Of a DNA stretch of 14,457 nucleotides, positions 7,850 through 14,457 are shown one piece after another. Under the pieces are notes generated by a model. The model made no database searches and was not told the origin of the DNA. It saw only the letters and a program-made list of their open reading frames with translations. Each line of letters begins with the position of its first letter. Positions within the stretch are counted from its first letter, which is position 1. This DNA is from Candidatus Sigynarchaeum calidifontis (GTDB taxonomy: Archaea; Asgardarchaeota; Lokiarchaeia; Sigyniarchaeales; Sigyniarchaeaceae), in assembly GCA_030587475.2 (NCBI GenBank), contig JAUQYZ020000192.1:1-14457 (forward strand), in the 5' to 3' direction. The translations under genes were made by a program, and so were the position numbers.

Positions 7850-8950
7850 ATGAGTCTGAATAACAAAGGGGACAAGAAGGGAGACGAACGCATCGCCTTG
7901 CTCATCGATTTCGAGAACTTCTTGTCTAGTGTTGGAAAAGACTTCAAGTTCGATGTCTTGTTGAAGATGCTGGCCGAGAGGGGGAACGTGAACATACGTC
8001 GTGCTTATGGCGATTGACACAAGTATGAAAAGAACCGTCTCGATCTCGTGGAGAACGGTGTGCAGTTGATCGAGCAGACCCCAGTCACGACCTCCGACAA
8101 GAATGGTGCCGACATCAAGCTGTCTGTCGACGCGATGGAACTCGCTTTCCGGTTCCAGGACCTGTCTACCTTCGTGATAGCGGCAGGGGACAGTGATTAC
8201 ATCCCGCTGTTGCAGAAACTCCGGGAGATGGGCTATAAAGTAGTCGTACTGGCTCGGAAAGGAGCATCTACGAGCAAATTCTTGGTGAAAACGTGTGACG
8301 AGTTCATATCGACGGAAATATTCGGAGCGAAACCCGTCATCGAGCGTGATATCGGAGAAATCATCGGGATGTTGAAGGAGATCATCGCGTCGATCGAAGG
8401 AGCAAGTAAACCGCTCTTCCTCGCTCAGATAAAACATATGATGCTCGGGCGCGATTCCGAATTCTCTGAAAGGCTCTATGGTTACAGTAACTTCAAGGAT
8501 TTCATCGAAATGCTCATCGACGAAGCAGATTTGCAGTACGACCTCGATATGAGCCAATACAAGGCATGGGCACTCATCCCCCGCAAATCAGATCAACCGA
8601 AGCCAATCATTCAAGAACACCCCACTGTCGAGGGTATCAATTTCATCAACGTTCCAAACGAGAAAGGCTCCTTGAGCCTCCCCGCAGATCATTGGCTCGA
8701 AGCGCTCTCCGCGGTGGAAGATTTCATTACCGACGGCGAGGGAACAAAGAAGCAAGGTTCTTACTGGATCATGCGCGCCTACATCCATAACCGGAAACTC
8801 GATTTCTTGTATCCATATCTCGAGATTCCGTTTATCAAGACGATCCATTACCATAGCTTGCTCGTCCAGGAAAAGAAGGGCTTCTATAAGTTAGCAGACG
8901 ATTACCAGGCCAAGAAGGAGGCTTTCCTCAAGAAATATTCGATTCAGTGA
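7850..8950 (+). pseudogene. NYN (LabA/DUF88, PIN-like) ribonuclease with OST-HTH/LOTUS domain, interrupted by an in-frame TGA at codon 56
   Basis: From ATG 7850: ...RIALLIDFENF...NIRRAYGD*HKYE...KNGADIKLSVDAMEL...FVIAAGDSDYIPLLQKLREMGYKV...CDEFI, which are the hallmark NYN motifs. A LOTUS-like segment follows (LFLAQIKHMMLGRDSEFSERLYGYSNFKDFIE). The TGA is at 8015-8017. The tracked ORF 8048..8950 lacks the first catalytic DxxN motif. Confidence 0.88.
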
Positions 8951-8966
8951 TTAGGACAGATAAGTT

Positions 8967-9119
8967 ATGGACAAACAGCCAGGATCCGATGATAAGCAAG
9001 CGCCTCGGGACGTGGATATCGACGCTTCTATGAAACACTTGCTGGAACTCTACGAGCACTTCATCGCCGACCTCCAACGCCACGCTCTCAACCCGATTGT
9101 ACCAGCTATCCCGAAATAA
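8967..9119 (+). CDS. Small hypothetical protein, 50 aa (MDKQPGSDDKQAPRDVDIDASMKHLLELYEHFIADLQRHALNPIVPAIPK)
   Basis: Starts 16 nt after the NYN stop, with AGGA upstream. It contains an amphipathic-helix pattern and is followed immediately by a strong hairpin. Confidence 0.5.
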   Translation: MDKQPGSDDKQAPRDVDIDASMKHLLELYEHFIADLQRHALNPIVPAIPK

Positions 9120-9121
9120 TC

Positions 9122-9222
9122 CACGGGCAATGACGGGGCAGAGATGAAATTGCTCCGTTCCTTGCCCGTGCGCTCGCACCCCGAGCGGTACTCGTTCGCG
9201 TGACCCGATTTTTTTCTTTCTT
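9122..9222 (+). terminator. Two-stem hairpin followed by a T-tract; probable 3' end structure of the NYN transcript
   Basis: CACGGGCAA (9122-9130)/TTGCCCGTG (9162-9170) and ACGGGGCA (9133-9140)/TGCTCCGT (9151-9158). T7 at 9209-9215. Confidence 0.5.
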
Positions 9223-9373
9223 CCGGCTTCATGATCATCCATGGCCGGTTCCAACAAGCGTTTCTGCTCGTTGAGCTCGTGCCTTCCGTCCTAAAAGCCG
9301 AGCAACATGAAAGCGGGACGCTCCATCGCTAGCATAGACACGATGGATAAGCGGTACTGCGATCTCGCATCCT

Positions 9374-9406
9374 CGAAAAATAAGTTTAATAAATAAGGTA
9401 TTTTAA
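9374..9406 (+). promoter_or_regulatory. Candidate BRE/TATA promoter for the HTH gene
   Basis: CGAAAAATAAG-TTTAATAAA-TAAGGTATTTTAA, an AT island ending about 20 nt before ATG 9424. Confidence 0.5.
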
Positions 9407-9423
9407 TGATGTAAGTGATACCC

Positions 9424-9864
9424 ATGCCCCGGCGACTCACCCGGCCCGAGGTGGCCCGGCGCATCGCGATCCGTGCCGTGCTCGACGCGCGAAGCGACCT
9501 GACATATGCCGACCTGGCGGGCTTGTTCGGCGCGAGCCGGCGAACCATTCGCGACGCGAAGCGGCACCCGGTAATTGATTGGTTGCGGATCCTCGCCGCC
9601 GCGCCGGTACCGAACAGGCAAGCAAATGTGGATGCGGGCGAGACGACATCTCGTCCGGCCCTGCCACGAGTAGCACGCCCGGGCGCATCGAGGCGCGACG
9701 CCAAGCTCGTGCCGCCGGAGCCCGAACCCGAGATCGTGGAGCAGCCGGCCGATGTCGACCTGCCCGAACCCGAATTCGTGGAGCAAGACCCCGGCGTCGA
9801 CCTCCCCGAGCCCGCCGATCCCCGCGACCCGCTGGACGATCCCGTGCCACGACCTATGAAGTAA
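9424..9864 (+). CDS. HTH DNA-binding protein with an acidic, Pro-rich repeat tail (146 aa)
   Basis: LTYADLAGLFGASRRTIRDA is a typical HTH pattern. ATG 9424 is preferred over GTG 9415 because it aligns residue 1 to residue 1 with the paralog starting at 10883. Confidence 0.75.
   Translation: MPRRLTRPEVARRIAIRAVLDARSDLTYADLAGLFGASRRTIRDAKRHPVIDWLRILAAAPVPNRQANVDAGETTSRPALPRVARPGASRRDAKLVPPEPEPEIVEQPADVDLPEPEFVEQDPGVDLPEPADPRDPLDDPVPRPMK
9721..9813 (+). repeat. 42-bp in-frame tandem repeat (2 full copies plus a partial)
   Basis: PEPEIVEQPADVDL / PEPEFVEQDPGVDL / PEP at 9721-9762, 9763-9804 and 9805-9813. Confidence 0.85.
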
Positions 9865-9879
9865 AAAAGCGCTTTTTTT
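9863..9879. terminator. Palindromic A/T-tract terminator-like site
   Basis: AAAAAAGC|GCTTTTTT is a perfect 16-bp palindrome overlapping the HTH stop codon. It gives an oligo-T tract on both strands. Confidence 0.6.
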
Positions 9880-10015
9880 CACGCATGATAACGTTGTCAT
9901 TATGATTTTGCCCCCGATTTATTATTAGCGCGAGATAAAAGTGTATACATTCTACGAAACTATATATAACCGGCCAACTATTTCACCTATAATAAAAAAT
10001 AGAAGAGAAGTGATC

Positions 10016-10315
10016 ATGAACCCCGGATTCACGGTTTCCAAACCAGGTATGATAATTGAAGCCCGACAGAAATCCCCTGGCAAAAAGGGGCCAGGTACGA
10101 AGATGTTGACGTTAATTGATAAGATTGAAGATAACTGCATTAAAGGCTTGAATAACTTCGCCGAGGAATTATTCCAGAAAATACCGAAACTCGATGAGAT
10201 CGACCTCGAGATGTCCTTATCTATCCAGGGGGAAGCATCCATCCTTGTCGTGAAAACAACAGGGACTGTGGGCGCTTCCGTAAAAGTGATCATGAAAAGA
10301 AAACCTGGGATATGA
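10016..10315 (+). CDS. Trypco/Pepco-like (trypsin/peptidase co-occurring) domain protein, 99 aa
   Basis: Helix followed by LDEIDLEMSLSIQGEASILVVKTTGTVGASVKVIMKRK. This matches the D-E-hydrophobic-alternating strand / G-E-A-x-hydrophobic / terminal strand pattern I recall for Trypco/Pepco domains. GAAGTGA SD-like sequence before ATG 10016, and TATATATAA at 9961. Confidence 0.65.
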   Translation: MNPGFTVSKPGMIIEARQKSPGKKGPGTKMLTLIDKIEDNCIKGLNNFAEELFQKIPKLDEIDLEMSLSIQGEASILVVKTTGTVGASVKVIMKRKPGI

Positions 10316-10445
10316 TTTGATAGAAATTCGTAGAAAAACGATTGAGATATGCCGAGAAGCACGATCGCTGACCAAAATGTGCTGAATTGGCATTTACTTT
10401 CTAATTCCATCTTCTTGATAATGCCTTCAGATGCGTGATCTCACG

Positions 10446-10883
10446 TTACCCCTGTACTTTCCTCAAGTACACGTCGTATTTGCACGCGGGATCAACGAGC
10501 CCGTTCTTCACGTAAACCCGCGGTATCCAAAAGATGTAATCGGTTCCCATCTTGGCAGGCTTGCGCATGAACTTGACCACGCCTTGCTCGATGCCGGGCA
10601 TCCTTGCAAATGTAGAGACAAGAGGAACCGGGGCCAGTTCGGTTGCTATCGATTTCAGGGGAATGGTTGTCTTCATCGGGGCGGTATTGGGCTTGTCTTC
10701 GGGCGTTGCGGCGATGAGCGCATCCCATTCGGCCACGGTCTTAGTCAAGGCGGATTCAATGATACCTTCGCTCACGCCGTGCCTTCTCCGGAATTCCAGG
10801 TGGTTTGCGGCGGGATTCGCGTCCACGTCGGCGCGGATCGCGCGGCGCAGTTCCATACCTGCCCTTGTCATCTTCTTTCCCAT
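10446..10883 (-). CDS. HTH-like N-domain plus C-terminal AbrB/MazE-like swapped-hairpin domain (145 aa)
   Basis: The C-terminus KFMRKPAKMGTDYIFWIPRVYVKNGLVDPACKYDVYLRKV fits the K-x-G...IP...beta pattern of AbrB-type folds. The N-terminal 59 aa align ungapped with the 9424 protein. ATG 10883 is preferred over TTG 10904. Confidence 0.75.
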   Translation of the reverse strand: MGKKMTRAGMELRRAIRADVDANPAANHLEFRRRHGVSEGIIESALTKTVAEWDALIAATPEDKPNTAPMKTTIPLKSIATELAPVPLVSTFARMPGIEQGVVKFMRKPAKMGTDYIFWIPRVYVKNGLVDPACKYDVYLRKVQG

Positions 10884-11314
10884 GGCATTCAACTCGTTCG
10901 ACAAGGCCCTATCGAGAAACCGCCGATAAAAATCGTGACTCCGACTAGAAGCGCTTCACTATGAATATATGAACGTATAATGATATTGCCCACATAAATG
11001 TATATATCCACCTTCCGAGCAACATATCTCATCGAAGAAGTGAACGCCGCACGAGCAAACCGCGGGTGGTGCCCGGCTGTGCCTTCAGATCGTTCCCTCG
11101 TGTCTGGCGATCAAGCAAGTAGATAAAAATAACATTCTCTCTCCTCTCCCCGATCCCCACCCTTCTTTTGGCAGCCGCGGCCCACCCTATCTCTTCTCGG
11201 TCGTGTACGAGCCTTCTCGGCGTAAACATGTCCTCGGCGTAACCATGTCGATCAGTGCAAATAGTACGTCGAATTTCCATGTCCGCTCGAGTCTCTCTTC
11301 GCCCTTTGTTAAAT

Positions 11315-11334
11315 AAGGAATTTATAAATTCCTT
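11315..11334. promoter_or_regulatory. Perfect 20-bp palindrome centred on a TATA box
   Basis: AAGGAATTTA|TAAATTCCTT, with TTTATAAA at 11321-11328, about 90 nt upstream of the helicase ATG. Confidence 0.7.
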
Positions 11335-11422
11335 CAGACCATCTTTGTCTATGACTCGTCGAAGCGGGATATCGCTGTAGGATCGCGGGATCAAGCAGAA
11401 AAAGGAGAACCTCGGCCAGCCG

Positions 11423-14400
11423 ATGAATGTCATCAAGAAAGGAACGATCATCAAGGGCCCGCAATGGGCAGAGCCGGTCATCGTCGATCTCTTGGAAGAT
11501 TTCGGGGAATACAAGCACATCGTAGGTTCGACCCGCAATTCGCACGTTCATGTCGACGATTTGATCCTCCAGTCGGAATTCACCAAGATAACCTTCGAAA
11601 CCATGGAAACCCGGTTCACCGAGGAGCCATGGAAGGTATTTCTTGCCCTCGAAGCCATGCGTTACCGATACGCGTCGCTCTACGACCCGCTCCTCGCCAT
11701 GAACGTCTCGAAAGTCGACCCGCTCCCGCACCAGATCGAGGCGGTCTACGGCGTCGTCTTGAAACTCCCACGAATCCGGTTCTTGATTGCTGACGACCCC
11801 GGTGCCGGCAAGACCATCATGGCAGGTCTTATCATCAAGGAATTAAAATTGAGGAATCTCATCCGCCGGATCTTGATCGTCACCCCAGGACACTTGAAAG
11901 ATCAATGGCGACGAGAATTATCTGATCGCTTCGAGGAAAAATTCGTCGTCGTGGATCGTGGCCACATCAATGCATTCTACGGGGAGAACGTCTGGGCGCG
12001 GGAAAACCAGATCATCACGTCGATCGATTTTGCCAAGCGCGACGAGATCATCTCGTCGATATCTGCAACGTGCTGGGATCTGATCATCGTCGATGAAGCG
12101 CACAAGATGAGTGCATACCGGTTCGGCGGAAACCTGGAGAAGACGGGCCGCTACAAGCTTGGTGAATTGCTCTCGCGCATCTCGGAACACTTGTTATTCC
12201 TCACGGCGACGCCGCACAAGGGCGACAAGGAGAACTTCAGGCTGTTCCTGGATTTACTCGTTCCGGGATTTTTCGCAGACGACGGGATGCTCGATGAATC
12301 GATACAGACGAAAGATAATCCCCTCTTTATCCGGCGCATCAAGGAAGACCTCAAGGATTTCGACGGAAATCCTATCTTCCGTGATCGCGACGTCGTGACC
12401 ATCCCCTTCCGCCTCGGCGTGGAATCGCCTGTCGAGAAAGAGTTGTATAATGCCTTGTACAATTATGTCAAGAACCAGTACAACAAGGCACTGACGAAGG
12501 ACAAGAAGCGCAACATCACGTTCGCCCTCGTCATCTTGCAGCGACGCTTCGCTTCGAGCACCTACGCCTTGTTCAAATCCCTGGTACGAAGGAGGGAGAG
12601 ACTCTCGAATTACCTCGACAAGGCCGATGAACTCGGGTCTGCCACTCGAAAGACCGGGGCGATATTTGATTTCGAGGAGGTAGAGGATCTGGATGAGGAG
12701 GATCGCTGGAAAGAAGAGGAGATCTGGGAAACCCTCAGCGTTGCCGAGAACCGTCAAGAACTGGTCAATGAAATAGAGACGCTGGACCAGCTCATCGCCG
12801 CATCGAAGGACATCATCAACAAGGAGATCGAGATCAAGCTCGCGAAATTGAAGGAGGCCCTTGCCCGGATCAAGATGGAGATACCCGAGGACAAGGATAG
12901 GAAGATCCTGGTCTTCACGGAAGCACGGGACACGCTGGATTACCTCGAGAAAAAGATCAAGTCGTGGGGATATTCCACGACCACGATCCACGGCGGGATG
13001 AAAATCGAGGAACGCATCAAGGCAGAACGTGTCTTCAAGAACGAGAGCGAGGTCATGATCGCGACTGAAGCGGCCGGCGAGGGCATCAATCTTCAATTTT
13101 GCAACTTGATGATCAACTACGACCTGCCGTGGAATCCCAACCGGCTGGAGCAGCGGATGGGCCGGATCCACCGTTACGGCCAGCGTCGAAAGGTGTTCGT
13201 GTACAACTTCGTCGCGCTCGATACGCGCGAGGGACAGGTATTCAACACGCTGTTGGACAAGCTCGCGGAGATCCGGAAGAAATTGGGAAATGACAAGGTA
13301 TTCGATGTCGTGAGCGAGGTGGTCCCCAACAAGCTCTTCACGCAAATGCTCGTGGACGCGATCACGACCAGCAGGAACATCGACGACATCGTGCATCCCA
13401 TCGGTTTTGAAGTCGATGAAAAATACATAAAGGAATTGAAAGAGAACCTGGGCGAGAGTCTCGCCACGCGGTACATCGATTACACGCGCATCAAGGAGAT
13501 GCGACAGCAAGCCATCGAGAACAGGCTGATCCCGGAATATACCGAGCGCCTCTTCAAGAAAGCATTCGAAAAGGCTGGAGGAAAGGTAAAGACGCGTGAG
13601 GACGGGTTCCTTGCCATTGAATCCATCCCGCAAGACTTGAAGAAGATCGCCCAGGAGGATCCCTTCAAGATGGCTTACGGGGAGCTGTTGAAAAGATACC
13701 CCGCTGTTACTTTCGACAAGGACGCGGCGTTCGACCATCCAGACGTGGAATTCATCTCCTTCGAACATCCGTTATTTGAATCCACCTTGATCTGGATCGA
13801 GCGCAATTTCAAGAACACCATCGTGAACGGGGCGGTCTTCCACGACGCGGATGGAAAGCTCGATGGATATATCTTGTACTACGAGGGAGAAGTCAAGGAC
13901 GGGAAGGGGAAGATCGCGGGCAAGCGGCTCTTCGCGTTCTACTATTCGGAAGCCGAGATCCGTTCCATATCCCCTTGGGTCATCTGGGATCTCGCAGAAG
14001 GGAATGAGCCTGAATCACCTTGCACGATCGATATCGAGGCGATAAAGCAGCAAGTTTCCATCAAGATCGTGAATGAACTCCAGGGATACAAGCAATCGGT
14101 CGCCAGGGAACGCGACCGGCAAGCCGAGATCAAGCAGCGATACGGCTTGGAATCCCTCAAGAAATTCATCCTCGAGCTTGATGGAGACTTGATCCAATTG
14201 CTCGATCGAAAAGACAGGGGGGAGAATGTCGACCTTGCCATTTTCAACAAGCGGGAGCGAAAACGCGGCTATGAACAAGCCCGGGATGAGCTTGTTGAAC
14301 AAATCAAGGCGGAGCGCACGTTAACCATAGCAATGCCGCGGTTCTTGGGGGTCATCCGCGTGAAGCCGCTTTTGAATCATATTTCATCGGAGACCGCCCT

Positions 14401-14457
14401 GGCAATGAAGAGCGATGCGGAGATCGAACTGACCGGCATGGCCAAAGCGATCGAATA
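11423..14457 (+). CDS. SNF2-family (SF2) helicase with probable C-terminal DUF3883-type nuclease domain; 3' end outside the window (over 1010 aa)
   Basis: Open frame from ATG 11423 to the edge. Motifs: PLPHQIEAV, Walker A LIADDPGAGKT, DEAH (12092-12103), LTATPH, KILVFTE, ATEAAGEGINLQ, NYDLPWNPNRLEQRMGRIHRYGQ. It ends MKSDAEIELTGMAKAIE, resembling the first helix of DUF3883. Absent from the ORF track because it has no stop in the window. Confidence 0.93.
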   Translation, partial: MNVIKKGTIIKGPQWAEPVIVDLLEDFGEYKHIVGSTRNSHVHVDDLILQSEFTKITFETMETRFTEEPWKVFLALEAMRYRYASLYDPLLAMNVSKVDPLPHQIEAVYGVVLKLPRIRFLIADDPGAGKTIMAGLIIKELKLRNLIRRILIVTPGHLKDQWRRELSDRFEEKFVVVDRGHINAFYGENVWARENQIITSIDFAKRDEIISSISATCWDLIIVDEAHKMSAYRFGGNLEKTGRYKLGELLSRISEHLLFLTATPHKGDKENFRLFLDLLVPGFFADDGMLDESIQTKDNPLFIRRIKEDLKDFDGNPIFRDRDVVTIPFRLGVESPVEKELYNALYNYVKNQYNKALTKDKKRNITFALVILQRRFASSTYALFKSLVRRRERLSNYLDKADELGSATRKTGAIFDFEEVEDLDEEDRWKEEEIWETLSVAENRQELVNEIETLDQLIAASKDIINKEIEIKLAKLKEALARIKMEIPEDKDRKILVFTEARDTLDYLEKKIKSWGYSTTTIHGGMKIEERIKAERVFKNESEVMIATEAAGEGINLQFCNLMINYDLPWNPNRLEQRMGRIHRYGQRRKVFVYNFVALDTREGQVFNTLLDKLAEIRKKLGNDKVFDVVSEVVPNKLFTQMLVDAITTSRNIDDIVHPIGFEVDEKYIKELKENLGESLATRYIDYTRIKEMRQQAIENRLIPEYTERLFKKAFEKAGGKVKTREDGFLAIESIPQDLKKIAQEDPFKMAYGELLKRYPAVTFDKDAAFDHPDVEFISFEHPLFESTLIWIERNFKNTIVNGAVFHDADGKLDGYILYYEGEVKDGKGKIAGKRLFAFYYSEAEIRSISPWVIWDLAEGNEPESPCTIDIEAIKQQVSIKIVNELQGYKQSVARERDRQAEIKQRYGLESLKKFILELDGDLIQLLDRKDRGENVDLAIFNKRERKRGYEQARDELVEQIKAERTLTIAMPRFLGVIRVKPLLNHISSETALAMKSDAEIELTGMAKAIE

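Noticed and set aside
8015-8017. Genetic code with UGA=Trp, or selenocysteine
   Set aside because: TGA terminates the 7377, 8950 and 10315 genes, and Trp is TGG elsewhere. The site corresponds to Trp rather than Cys, and the nearby hairpin lacks the SECIS 3' GA.
7700-8557. Upstream part of the 377-aa minus ORF 7424..8557
   Set aside because: Antisense to the NYN gene; only the last 91 codons were kept as a low-confidence candidate.
8928-9257. Minus-strand ORFs 8928..9257 and 9050..9238
   Set aside because: They overlap the more plausible plus-strand 50-aa ORF, the hairpin and the T-tract, and have no motifs.
9952-10964. ORFs 9952..10410 (-), 10431..10964 (+), 10552..10929 (+)
   Set aside because: Antisense to the Trypco-like and HTH-AbrB genes.
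10990-11010. dif-like sequence CACATAAATGTATATATCC
   Set aside because: Only partial resemblance to Xer dif sites; the arms and spacing do not fit. More likely an AT-rich promoter region.
11029-11280. 83-aa minus ORF starting at ATG 11280, downstream of the palindromic TATA box
   Set aside because: No recognisable motif, and it runs through low-complexity purine tracts; it cannot be supported without homology or expression data.
12254-13768. 504-aa minus-strand ORF and other small ORFs within 11309-14302
   Set aside because: Antisense or off-frame shadows of the SNF2 helicase.

Overview
A mosaic, accessory-looking region, probably archaeal. The surface-protein and AbrB-like protein styles suggest Asgard/Lokiarchaeia, but that is inference. 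Two of the largest real genes run off the window and are missing from the supplied ORF track. From left to right: (1) a GC-rich minus-strand unit in which a 582-aa hypothetical ORF (4275-2527) continues in the same frame, after a single TAG, into a 3-TM membrane protein of at least 841 aa with a large glycosylated-looking ectodomain (2523 to <1); (2) a 1.1-kb hairpin-rich intergenic region with a chain of ATGA-coupled small ORFs; (3) a beta-propeller/Ig cell-surface protein; (4) a NYN-LOTUS ribonuclease gene broken by one in-frame TGA at its conserved Trp, then a 50-aa ORF and a strong hairpin; (5) two convergent paralogous HTH genes, one with an acidic Pro-rich repeat tail and one with an AbrB-like domain, bracketing an AT-rich insert that carries an orphan Trypco/Pepco-like gene; (6) a 20-bp perfect TATA-centred palindrome and a SNF2-family helicase that appears to enter a DUF3883-type domain at the right edge, probably the first gene of a restriction-like defence operon. 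No rRNA, tRNA, CRISPR array, integrase or transposase was recognised.
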